Shown here: piece after piece, positions 1 to 9,310 of the stretch
Layout: the number at the start of each line of letters is the position of its first letter
Numbering within the stretch: the stretch's first letter is position 1
NCBI GenBank assembly: GCA_049840735.1
Contig: JASGJN010000022.1
Coordinates: 512,001 to 576,000 of the forward strand
Origin: Anaeromyxobacter sp.
GTDB taxonomy: Bacteria > Myxococcota > Myxococcia > Myxococcales > Anaeromyxobacteraceae
Length of the DNA: 64,000 nucleotides
Direction: 5' to 3'
The notes under the pieces: model-generated
Seen by the model: the letters and a program-made list of their open reading frames with translations, nothing else
Database searches by the model: none
Told to the model about the DNA's origin: nothing
Made by a program: the position numbers and the translations under genes

Positions 1-32
1 GTGCTGCGGAGGAAAGTCCTGGCTGTACGGGC

Positions 33-386
33 TCAGGCGGCGCGGTCGTAATCGGGCGACCGGACCGGCTTGCGCGCGGTGCGGATGGTGTGCTCCTGGC
101 CGTCCGGGGTCCGGAAGGTGTAGCCGACCACCTGCTCACCGCGGGTGTTGCCCATCAGCTCGAAGTAGAGCTCGAACTCGCGGGCCAGCGAGTCGGGCAC
201 GCCCATCGAGTCCAGCGTCTTGGCCTCGTTGGACGGGCTGAGCTGGGTGACCGGCGCCGGCTGTGAGGTCTCCGCCGGCGACAGCTCCTGGTCCCGGCTG
301 GGCAGCAGGGCCCGGGCCCAGGCACCGATCGCCTGGGTGAGGCGGCGGGCCGGAAGGACTTCGTTGTTCAGCTCGTGCGGCTTCAT
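33..386 (-). CDS. Hypothetical protein (~117 aa), divergent from LysR gene
   Basis: ORF with GC3-rich codons, ATG at 384-386; no recognisable motif. Confidence 0.6.
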   Translation of the reverse strand: MKPHELNNEVLPARRLTQAIGAWARALLPSRDQELSPAETSQPAPVTQLSPSNEAKTLDSMGVPDSLAREFELYFELMGNTRGEQVVGYTFRTPDGQEHTIRTARKPVRSPDYDRAA

Positions 387-495
387 GACCACTCGGTTTC
401 CGTTCCGTCGGCGGCCCGCTGGATGCGGGAGCCATCCGACGGGGAGAACATGCGACGCGGCGGGTCATCGGTCCAATCGATTGATCGGACGTATG

Positions 496-514
496 CGATA
501 ACCTAGTGTTATCG
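496..514. promoter_or_regulatory. Probable LysR recognition site (T-N11-A palindrome)
   Basis: CGATAAC-CTAGT-GTTATCG perfect inverted repeat immediately before the LysR ATG, in a divergent intergenic region. Confidence 0.65.
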
Positions 515-515
515 G

Positions 516-1418
516 ATGGAGCTCCGCCTCGTCCGCTCGTTTCGAGTTCTTGCAGAGCAGGGAAATTACGGCCGCGCCGCGCGGGCCTTGCACCTGTCGC
601 AGCCGGCCCTCACCAAGCAGATCCGGCAGCTGGAGGAGCAGCTTGGCGCACCCCTCTTCGCGCGAGGGCGTCACGGAGCGCAGCTCACACCCCTGGGAAG
701 GCTGTTCGCGGTCGAGGCCGAGGAGCTGCTGCGGCACGCTGACGCGGTGCAGGAGCGCATCCGTCGCGCGGCGCGCGGGGAGCTGGGCGAGCTTCGGCTC
801 GGCTTCGGCGTCGCCACCCGCCTGCTGGTGCCGCGGCTCGTGTCGCGGTTCCGGCGCGCCCACGCCAGCGTGCACGTCACGCTGCAGGACATGTCCTCGC
901 CCAACCAGCTCGAGGCGCTGCGGCGCGGCACGCTGGACGTGGGGTTCGTACGGCTCCCGCTGGAGGGCGAGCAGCTCGCGGTGTTGCCGGTGGTGGAGGA
1001 CCGGCTGGTGCTGGTAGTCCCGGCCTGGCGCCGCGCCGAGCTGGAGCGGCGGCCGCGCAACGCGCTCGCCGAGGAGGCCTTCGTGGAGCTGGGCCAGACC
1101 CGCTCCCCCAGCTTCCACGCCCACGTGCTCCGGGTCTGCGCCGCCTACGGCTTCCGGCCGCGCGTGGCCCAGACCGCCACCGAGTTCTTCACCGTGCTGG
1201 CGCTGGTGGCGGCCGGGATGGGCATCGCGGTGGTGCCCCGCGCCATCACCACCACCCGCGTGGAGGGGGTGGCCTACCTGCCGCTGGACACCCCCGAGGC
1301 GCGATGGCGCGTCGGCGCAGCCTGGTCCCCCGCAGCGGTCAGCCCGGCGCGGGACGCGTTCCTCTCGCTGCTGCGGGAGGCCCTGGCCGGGGCGGGAGCT
1401 GGGGCCAAGGGAGCCTAG
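516..1418 (+). CDS. LysR family transcriptional regulator
   Basis: N-terminal HTH NYGRAARALHLSQPALTKQIRQLEEQLGAPLF; C-terminal substrate-binding domain (LVAAGMGIAVVP); 300 aa. Confidence 0.97.
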   Translation: MELRLVRSFRVLAEQGNYGRAARALHLSQPALTKQIRQLEEQLGAPLFARGRHGAQLTPLGRLFAVEAEELLRHADAVQERIRRAARGELGELRLGFGVATRLLVPRLVSRFRRAHASVHVTLQDMSSPNQLEALRRGTLDVGFVRLPLEGEQLAVLPVVEDRLVLVVPAWRRAELERRPRNALAEEAFVELGQTRSPSFHAHVLRVCAAYGFRPRVAQTATEFFTVLALVAAGMGIAVVPRAITTTRVEGVAYLPLDTPEARWRVGAAWSPAAVSPARDAFLSLLREALAGAGAGAKGA

Positions 1419-1514
1419 TCCCGGGCACGTTATATTTGCCAGCAAGATCCGTCGAGTAGCTCACGTCGCGCCTGCCTTCCGGCGCGCCCGCTCCCGCCCT
1501 GCTAGAGCCCACAC

Positions 1515-3368
1515 ATGGACCTGACCCGCGCCCTCGAGGTGGCCGTCTCCGCCGCGCACGCCGCCGGCGAGCTCCTGCGCCGCGAGTTCTTTCGCGCGGG
1601 CGGTCCGCGCGGCGAGCCGGGCCACTGCCCGGCCGATGGCGAGGCCGAGGTGCTCATCCGGGAGCGGCTCATGGCGGCCTTCCCCGACCACGGCTTCGTG
1701 GCCGAGGAGGCGCCGGAGCACGACCGCCCCCCGCGCGTTCTCGCCGGCCCCACCTGGTTCGTGGACCCGAACGACGGCACCTCGGACTTCCAGCGCGGCC
1801 TGCGCGGCGCCACCGTCTCCATCGGCCTGGTCCAGGACGGCGTGCCGGTGCTGGGCGTGGTGCTGGCCCATACGGCCCCCTTTGGCGGGCAGCGGCTCTT
1901 CACCTGGGCGGAGGGGCTGGGCCCGGCTCGCGTGGACGGCCGCCCGCTGCCGTCGCTCGACCCGGCGCCGCTTCGTTCGCTGGATTTGGTCGTGGTAAGC
2001 GGCGGCGCGGCCGATCGCGTCCGCGGCATGGCGGGTTCGGTTGGCCCGGCCCGCTTCCGCCCGCAGTCGAGCGCCGCCTACCGGCTGGCCCTCGCCGCTG
2101 CCGGCGAGGCCCGCGCCGCGGTGACGCTGGGGCGGCCGCGCGCGCTGGACGTCGTCGCCGGCCACGCGCTCCTGCGCGGCGTTGGCGGCGTGATGCTGGA
2201 CGAGGGCGGCCGCGAGCCGCGCTACCCTACCGCCGGCGGCTCCCGGCTGGTCCACTGCTTCGGCGGCCCGCCGGCGGTGGCGGCGGCGCTGGCTGCGCGC
2301 GACTGGCGACCGGCCACCGGCCAGCGCGAGCCGGTGAAGCTCACCGCCCCGGCGCTGGGGCGGCTCCTCGAGGACGCCGGGCAGCTGCGACGCGCGCAGG
2401 GCGCGCTGCTGGGGCAGCTCTGCGGCGACGCGCTGGGCGCCCAGGTGGAGTTCCTCGCGCCGGAGGAGATTGCCCGCCGCCACCCCGGCGGCGTGCGCGA
2501 GCTGGCCGACGGCGGCGAGTGGAACACGCTGGCCGGCCAGCCCACCGACGACTCCGAGCTGGCGCTGGCGCTGGCCCGGGCGCTGGTGGAGGCGGGCGGC
2601 TTCGACGAGGGGCGGGTGGCCGAGGCCTACGCGGCCTGGATGGCCTCGGATCCCTTCGACGTGGGCGGCACCATCCGCGCCGCGCTCACGCCCGCCGCCC
2701 AGGCCCTCGCCGCCGGTCAGCGCGGCGCCGCGGTGGCCGCTGTCGCCCGCGCCGCGGCGCGGCCGGAGAGCAAGGCCAACGGCGCGCTGATGCGCGTCTC
2801 GCCGCTGGGCGTGGCCGGGCACGCCGCCCGGCCGGCCGCGCTCTGGGGTTGGGCCCGCGCCGACGCCGCGCTCACCCACCCGGCCGCCGTCTGCCAGGAC
2901 GCGAGCGGGGTGATGGCGCTGGCCATCGCGCAGGCGGTCCACACCGGCGCCTGCGGCGCCGCGCTGGCCGATCGCGCCGAGGCGCAGGCCGCGCAGCTGG
3001 GCGCGGGCGAGGAGGTGCGCGCGGCGCTGGCGGCGGCGCGCCACGGTCCGCCGGCCAGCTTCGTCGAGCACGCCGGCCTGGTCTCAATCGCGCTGCAGAA
3101 CGCCTTCCACCTGCTCCGGCGCGAGGTGCCGCTGGAGGAGGCGCTGGTGGAGACGGTGGGGCGCGGCGGCGATCCCGACACCAACGCCGCCATCGCCGGC
3201 GCGCTGCTGGGCGCGGCGCAGGGCGTGGAGGCGGTGCCGGCGCGCTGGCGCGAGGCGGTGCTCAGCTGCTGGCCGGTCTCCGGGCTCCCCGGCGTGAAGC
3301 GCGCCCGCCCGCCGGCCTGCTGGCCGGTGGACGCGCTGGTGCTGGCGGAGCGGCTGGCGGGGCTGTAG
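1515..3368 (+). CDS. Inositol monophosphatase-family domain fused to ADP-ribosylglycohydrolase
   Basis: IMPase motifs AEE, WFVDPNDGT, LDVVAG; ARH motifs GDALG, TDDSE, ANGALMR, GGDPDTNAAIAGALLGA. Confidence 0.9.
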   Translation: MDLTRALEVAVSAAHAAGELLRREFFRAGGPRGEPGHCPADGEAEVLIRERLMAAFPDHGFVAEEAPEHDRPPRVLAGPTWFVDPNDGTSDFQRGLRGATVSIGLVQDGVPVLGVVLAHTAPFGGQRLFTWAEGLGPARVDGRPLPSLDPAPLRSLDLVVVSGGAADRVRGMAGSVGPARFRPQSSAAYRLALAAAGEARAAVTLGRPRALDVVAGHALLRGVGGVMLDEGGREPRYPTAGGSRLVHCFGGPPAVAAALAARDWRPATGQREPVKLTAPALGRLLEDAGQLRRAQGALLGQLCGDALGAQVEFLAPEEIARRHPGGVRELADGGEWNTLAGQPTDDSELALALARALVEAGGFDEGRVAEAYAAWMASDPFDVGGTIRAALTPAAQALAAGQRGAAVAAVARAAARPESKANGALMRVSPLGVAGHAARPAALWGWARADAALTHPAAVCQDASGVMALAIAQAVHTGACGAALADRAEAQAAQLGAGEEVRAALAAARHGPPASFVEHAGLVSIALQNAFHLLRREVPLEEALVETVGRGGDPDTNAAIAGALLGAAQGVEAVPARWREAVLSCWPVSGLPGVKRARPPACWPVDALVLAERLAGL

Positions 3369-3482
3369 GGGTGGGGGCCCCGGCATGTGGCCGGGGGAGG
3401 GGCGCCCTTCGACTCCGCGGCGCTCCGCGCCGCCACGCTCAGGTCGAACGGCCGTTCTCGGCCTGGCAGGGCGCAGCCCCCC
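3368..3482 (+). repeat. REP-like family B copy interrupted by a family A copy
   Basis: [32 protein letters not shown]...GGGCGCAGCCCC, matching copies at 38822 and 38943. Confidence 0.55.
3404..3451 (+). repeat. REP-like palindromic element family A
   Basis: CCCT-TCGACTCC-hairpin-CACGCTC-AGGTC-GAACGG between convergent genes. Confidence 0.8.
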
Positions 3483-3484
3483 GT

Positions 3485-4177
3485 TCAGACCGTCAACATC
3501 CCCCGCACCCCGTCCGCCTCCATGTCGGCGCCGTCCCCGCGCGCCAGGATCTCCCCCCGCTCCATCACCGCGTAGCGGTGGGCCAGCGAGCGGGCAAAGT
3601 CGTAGTACTGCTCCACCAGCAGCACCGCCAGCTGCCCCTCCGCCGCCACGGCGCGCAGCACCCGCTCGATCTCGCGGATGATCGACGGCTGGATGCCCTC
3701 GGTCGGCTCGTCCAGGATCAGCAGCGAAGGGCCGGCCACCAGCGCGCGGGCGATGGCGAGCTGCTGCTGCTGGCCGCCGGACAGGTCGCCGCCGCGCCGG
3801 TGCAGCATGCTGCGCAGGGCCGGGAACGGCGCCAGGGCGCGCTCGATCGACCCCCGCCCGCGCGGCGCCACCGAGGCCGCCACCTCCAGGTTCTCCTGCA
3901 CCGAGAGGCGCGGGAAGATCTCGCGGCCCTGGGGCACGTAGCCGATCCCGGCCGCGGCGCGGCGGTGCGGCGGAGCGCGGGTCAGGTCCTCGCCCTGGAA
4001 GGTGATCCGGCCCGCCGCCGCCGGCAGCAATCCCATGATCACCTTGAGGAGCGTGGTCTTCCCCACGCCGTTGCGCCCCAGCAGCGTCGTCACCTTCCCG
4101 GGCGGCACCTCCAGCGACACCTGCCGCAGGATCTGGCTGCCTCCGTACCGCTGCTCGAGGTTCTCGACGGTCAGCAT
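3485..4177 (-). CDS. urtE: Urea ABC transporter ATP-binding subunit
   Basis: Walker A GRNGVGKTT, LSGGQQQQLAI, LDEPTEGIQPSII; last gene of urt operon. Confidence 0.92.
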   Translation of the reverse strand: MLTVENLEQRYGGSQILRQVSLEVPPGKVTTLLGRNGVGKTTLLKVIMGLLPAAAGRITFQGEDLTRAPPHRRAAAGIGYVPQGREIFPRLSVQENLEVAASVAPRGRGSIERALAPFPALRSMLHRRGGDLSGGQQQQLAIARALVAGPSLLILDEPTEGIQPSIIREIERVLRAVAAEGQLAVLLVEQYYDFARSLAHRYAVMERGEILARGDGADMEADGVRGMLTV

Positions 4178-4178
4178 G

Positions 4179-4951
<773 letters not shown>

Positions 4952-4955
<4 letters not shown>

Positions 4956-6124
4956 GTGGTGGCCTCCTGGCCGCGCTCGGCCGGTGCGCCGGGGACGGCG
5001 GCCGGAGCCGGCTGGCGCGGGCGGCGCGCCGCCCAGAGGCGGCCCAGCGCGCCCAGCACGCCGTCGGGGAGCCAGCGGGTCACGGCGATGAAGAGCAGTC
5101 CCAGCACGTAGGGCCAGGCCTCCGGGGCCGCCACGGTGAACCAGCTGCGGGCGCCGTTCACGATCAGCGCGCCCAGCGCGGCGCCCACCAGCGTGCCGCG
5201 GCCGCCCACCGCCACGGCGATGGCGATCTCGATGGAGGCGGCCGGGGACATCTCGGAGGGGTTGATGATTCCCACCTGCGGGACGTAGAGCGCGCCGGCC
5301 AGGCCGCACAGCGCCGCCGAGACGGTCCAGGCCAGGAGCTTGTAGCGGGTGGGCTCGTAGCCGAGCGCCATCACGCGCGCCTCGCCGTCGCGGATGGCGG
5401 TCAGCACGCGGCCGAAGCGCGAGGTCACCAGCCAGCGGCAGAGCACCAGCGCCAGGGCCAGCGCCGCGGTGGAGCACATGAAGAGCGCCACCCGCGTCCC
5501 CGGCGCGGCGATGGGGAAGCCCAGGATGCGCTTGAAGTCGGTGAAGCCGTTGTTGCCGCCGAAGCCGGTCTCGTTCCGGTAGAAGAGCAGCATGGCGGCG
5601 TAGGTGAGCGCCTGGGTGATGATGGAGAGATAGACGCCGCGGATGCGCGAGCGGAACGCGAAGAGCCCGAACACCGCCGCCAGCAGCGCCGGCACGGCCA
5701 GCGCAAGGAGGAGCGCCCAGAGCGGGTGCTCGGTGCCGCGCCAGAACCAGGGCAGCGCCTTCCAGTCCAGGAAGACCATGAAGTCGGGGAGGTCGGCCTG
5801 GTAGACGCCGTCGCGGCCGATGGCGCGCATCAGGTACATGCCGAAGGCGTAGCCGCCCAGCGCGAAGAACAGGCCGTGGCCGAGCGAGAGGATGCCGGCG
5901 TAGCCCCAGATCAGATCCAGCGCCACCGCCACCAGCGCGTAGCAGGCGATCTTGCCGCCCAGCGCCACCCAGTGGTCGCCGAGGTGCAGCGCGCTGCCGG
6001 CCGGCGCCGCCAGGTGGAGGAGCGGCACCAGCACCTGGCTCAGCGCCAGGAACAGGGCCAGGGAGAGCCAGCCGCGGCGCGGGGTGGCGTCCCGGACGCG
6101 GGCGAGCAGGCCGGGGGCGTCCAT
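4952..6124 (-). CDS. urtC: Urea ABC transporter permease
   Basis: WGYAGILSLGHG, LPDFMVFLDW, GVYLSIITQAL, TGFGGNNGFTDF. Confidence 0.93.
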
Positions 6125-7701
6125 CAGGCCTCCTGCACGAAGCGCCCGCGGGGCGCGAACAGCCCCTGCGGCCGCTTCTGGATGAACACCACCACGAAGA
6201 CCAGCACCAGGATCTTGGCGATGACCGCGCCGGACCAGCCCTCCAGCAGCTTGGAGGCGGCGCCCAGCCCCAGCGCGGCCACCACCGCGCCGGCCAGCTG
6301 GCCGACGCCGCCCAGCACCACCACCACGAAGGAGTCCACGATGTAGCCCTGGCCCATGTCCGGGCCGACGTTCCCGAGCTGGGAGAGGGCCAGCCCGCCC
6401 AGCCCGGCGATGCCGGCGCCCAGCCCGAAGGCCAGCGTGTCCACGCGCCCGGTGGGCACGCCCAGGCAGCCGGCCATGGCGCGGTTCTGCGTGACGGCGC
6501 GCACCTGCAGCCCCAGCCTGGTGCGCGAGAGGAGGAGCCAGGTGACCAGCAGCACGCCCAGCGCGAAGGCGATCACCGCCAGCCGGTTCCAGGGGAGCAC
6601 CACGTTGCCCCAGGGCTCGGCGGCGCCGGACATCCAGCCCGGGTTGGCCACCTGCACGTTCTGGGCGCCGAAGAGGCCGCGGGCGCCCTGGATCATCACC
6701 AGCGAGAGGCCGAAGGTGGCCAGCAGCGACTCCAGCGGGCGGCGGTAGAGGTGGCGGATCACCAGCCGCTCCATGACCACGCCGGCCAGGAACGCGGCCC
6801 CGAAGGCCACCGGCATGGCGGCCAGCACGTACAGCCCCTCCAGCCCGGGCAGCCAGGCGCGGAAGGCGGCCTGCACGGCGTAGGCGCTGTACGCCCCCAC
6901 CATCAGCAGCTCGCCGTGGGCCATGTTGATGACGCCCATGACGCCGTAGGTGATGGCCAGCCCCAGCGCCGCCAGCAGGAGCACGCTCCCCAGCGAGAGG
7001 CCGCTGAAGAGCTGGTTCACCGCCTCGCCGATGGCGAGCCGCCGGTCCACCCGGACCAGCGCGCCGGCGGCCGCGGCCCGCACGGTGGGGTCGGCCTCGG
7101 TCGCGGGGTCGCTGGCCTGCGCCAGCAGCGTGCGCGCGTCGGCGGCGCTGGCCTCGCCCAGGGCCTCGGCCGCGGCCCGCCGCTCGGCGGGGTCGGCGCT
7201 GCGCAGGCTGGCGCGCCCCAGGGCCACCTTGAGCTGCGCGGCCACCCGGCCGTCCTGCTCCTGCGCGATGGCCCGGCGCAGCAGCGGCGCCTGCTCCGGT
7301 CCAGCCGCGCGGGCCAGGTCGCGCGCCGCGGCCAGCCGCACCGCCGGATCGGGATCGAAGGCCCGCAGCGTGGAGAGCGCCGCCGCGGCGGCGCGGCGGA
7401 CGCGGTTGGGCGCCACCACCTGCGCGGCGCCGGCGGGAGGCGTGGCCACGGCGGCGCCGCTGGAGGCGTCGCGCAGCGCGCCGTCCTGCTCGACCAGCAC
7501 CTGGCCGCCGCCCGCCTGCAGGCGGCCGTCCACCAGCGCCTGCAGCACCGGGCCGGCGCGCGGATCGCCGGCCTGGGCCAGGGCCCGGATGGCCTCCAGC
7601 TTCTCCTCGGTGGCCTCCGCGGCCAGCCCGGCCACGGCGGCAGGGTCGAGCGGGGCGGGGGCGCCGAGCGCCGCTGCGCAGAGCAAGGGAAGGAGGGGCA
7701 T
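6124..7701 (-). CDS. urtB: Urea ABC transporter permease with N-terminal periplasmic helical-repeat region
   Basis: GLAITYGVMGVINMAHGE, RAVTQNRAMA, VVVLGGVG; signal-peptide-like start MPLLPLLCAAAL at 7701. Confidence 0.92.
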   Translation of the reverse strand: MPLLPLLCAAALGAPAPLDPAAVAGLAAEATEEKLEAIRALAQAGDPRAGPVLQALVDGRLQAGGGQVLVEQDGALRDASSGAAVATPPAGAAQVVAPNRVRRAAAAALSTLRAFDPDPAVRLAAARDLARAAGPEQAPLLRRAIAQEQDGRVAAQLKVALGRASLRSADPAERRAAAEALGEASAADARTLLAQASDPATEADPTVRAAAAGALVRVDRRLAIGEAVNQLFSGLSLGSVLLLAALGLAITYGVMGVINMAHGELLMVGAYSAYAVQAAFRAWLPGLEGLYVLAAMPVAFGAAFLAGVVMERLVIRHLYRRPLESLLATFGLSLVMIQGARGLFGAQNVQVANPGWMSGAAEPWGNVVLPWNRLAVIAFALGVLLVTWLLLSRTRLGLQVRAVTQNRAMAGCLGVPTGRVDTLAFGLGAGIAGLGGLALSQLGNVGPDMGQGYIVDSFVVVVLGGVGQLAGAVVAALGLGAASKLLEGWSGAVIAKILVLVFVVVFIQKRPQGLFAPRGRFVQEA

Positions 7702-7811
7702 GGAGGGTCCAGGGGGTGGGAGAGGTGGGGAGCCCCAGGCCCCGGGCTCCAGATTCTCAGGAGGAGCGAGGTCCGAGCCGAGGCCTGAGGCCTGACGCCT
7801 GAGGCCCGACC

Positions 7812-9044
7812 TCACATCTTCTGCTTCGCCTCGTTGCCGGCGATGAACGGGCTCCAGGGCTGCGCGCGCACCGGGGCGGGCGTCTTCCAGACCACGTTGA
7901 ACTGCCCGTCGGGGCGGATCTCGCCGATCAGCACCGGCTTGTGCAGGTGGTGGTTGGTCGGGTCCATGGTGAGCGTGAAGCCGGAGGGGGCCGCGAAGGT
8001 CTGCCCGCCCATGGCGGCGATCACCTTGTCGGTCTGCGTGCTGTGGGCCTTCTCCACCGCCTGCTTCCACATGTGGATGCCGACGTAGGTGGCCTCCATG
8101 GGGTCGTTGGTCACCACCTTGTCGGCGCTGGGCAGCCCCTTGGCCTTGGCGTAGGCGCGGTACTTCTTCACGAACGCGTCGTTCTGCGGGTTCTTGAGCG
8201 ACATGAAGTAGTTCCAGGCGGCCAGGTGGCCCACCAGCGGCCTGGTGTCCACGCCGCGCAGCTCCTCTTCACCCACCGAGAACGCCACCACCGGCACCTC
8301 GGTGGCCTTGAGGCCGGCGTTGCCCAGCTCGCGGTAGAACGGCACGTTGGAGTCGCCGTTGATGGTGGAGACGACGGCGGTCTTGCCGCCGGCGGCGAAC
8401 GCCTTGATCTGCGCGACGATGGTCTGGTAGTCGGCGTGGCCGAAGGGCGTGTACACCTCGGCGATGTCCTTCTCCGCCACCCCCTTCGACTTCAGGAACG
8501 CGCGCAGGATCTTGTTGGTGGTGCGCGGGTAGACGTAGTCGGTGCCGAGCAGGAAGAACCGCTTGGCGCCGCCGCCGTCCTCGGACATGAGGTACTCGAC
8601 CGCCGGGATGGCCTGCTGGTTGGGCGCGGCGCCGGTGTAGAAGACGTTCTTCTCAAGCTCCTCGCCCTCGTACTGCACCGGGTAGAAGAGCAGCCCGTTG
8701 AGCTCGGAGAAGACCGGCAGCACCGACTTGCGCGACACCGACGTCCAGCAGCCGAAGACCACGGCCACCTGGTCGCGCGAGATGAGCTGGCGGGCCTTCT
8801 CGGCGAAGAGCGGCCAGTTGGAGGCGGGGTCGACCACCACCGGCTCCAGCTTCTTCCCCATCACGCCGCCCTGGGCGTTGATCTCGTCGATGGTCATCAG
8901 CGCCACCTCCTTCAGCGCCGTCTCGGAGATGGCCATGGTGCCGGACAGCGAGTGGAGGATGCCGACCTTGATGGTCTTCTCCTCGGCGCGGGCCGAGGTG
9001 AGGCAGAGGAGCGACAGCGCGAGGGCAGCGAGCGAGCGGCGCAT
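7812..9044 (-). CDS. urtA: Urea ABC transporter substrate-binding protein
   Basis: IKVGILHSLSGTMAISE, FGCWTSVSRKSV, YPVQYEG, GTDYVYPRTTN; signal peptide. Confidence 0.96.
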   Translation of the reverse strand: MRRSLAALALSLLCLTSARAEEKTIKVGILHSLSGTMAISETALKEVALMTIDEINAQGGVMGKKLEPVVVDPASNWPLFAEKARQLISRDQVAVVFGCWTSVSRKSVLPVFSELNGLLFYPVQYEGEELEKNVFYTGAAPNQQAIPAVEYLMSEDGGGAKRFFLLGTDYVYPRTTNKILRAFLKSKGVAEKDIAEVYTPFGHADYQTIVAQIKAFAAGGKTAVVSTINGDSNVPFYRELGNAGLKATEVPVVAFSVGEEELRGVDTRPLVGHLAAWNYFMSLKNPQNDAFVKKYRAYAKAKGLPSADKVVTNDPMEATYVGIHMWKQAVEKAHSTQTDKVIAAMGGQTFAAPSGFTLTMDPTNHHLHKPVLIGEIRPDGQFNVVWKTPAPVRAQPWSPFIAGNEAKQKM

Positions 9045-9083
9045 CGGGGTCCTTTCGACGAGGGTGGGTTCACCTCCCCCGTG

Positions 9084-9099
9084 AGCCAGATCCGTGCCA
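9084..9099 (-). promoter_or_regulatory. sigma54 (-24/-12) promoter of urt operon
   Basis: Minus strand TGGCACG-GATC-TGGCT versus consensus TGGCACG-N4-TTGCW, 40 bp upstream of urtA ATG. Confidence 0.75.
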
Positions 9100-9310
9100 C
9101 GCACCCCGCGGGCGCCCTCCGCCGCCCGCAGGCGCTGCGCCTCAGGGGTTTCGCTGTCAGCAAGCTGACCTCGGCGGCGCCGGCGCGGCGGCCGGGCCCC
9201 GCGCGGCGCGCGCAGCTGCCCGCGCAGCGGTCAGGTGCGTGCGCGCTGGGCGGGCGACTGCGCGTGAAGCGAACGCTTGGGACGCCGCTCCGGCCGGGTG
9301 CGGCTTGCCG

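Noticed and set aside
9..24. GAGGAAAGTCC resembles the RNase P RNA 5' signature
   Set aside because: No matching 3' P4 sequence downstream and the region is occupied by a plausible minus-strand ORF
1424..1440. GGCAC-GTTATAT-TTGCC as a sigma54 promoter
   Set aside because: GG-to-GC spacing is two bases too long; could be an operator palindrome but unsupported
7040..7701. Helical-repeat N-terminal extension of UrtB as a novelty
   Set aside because: Long N-terminal periplasmic regions are usual in proteobacterial-type UrtB
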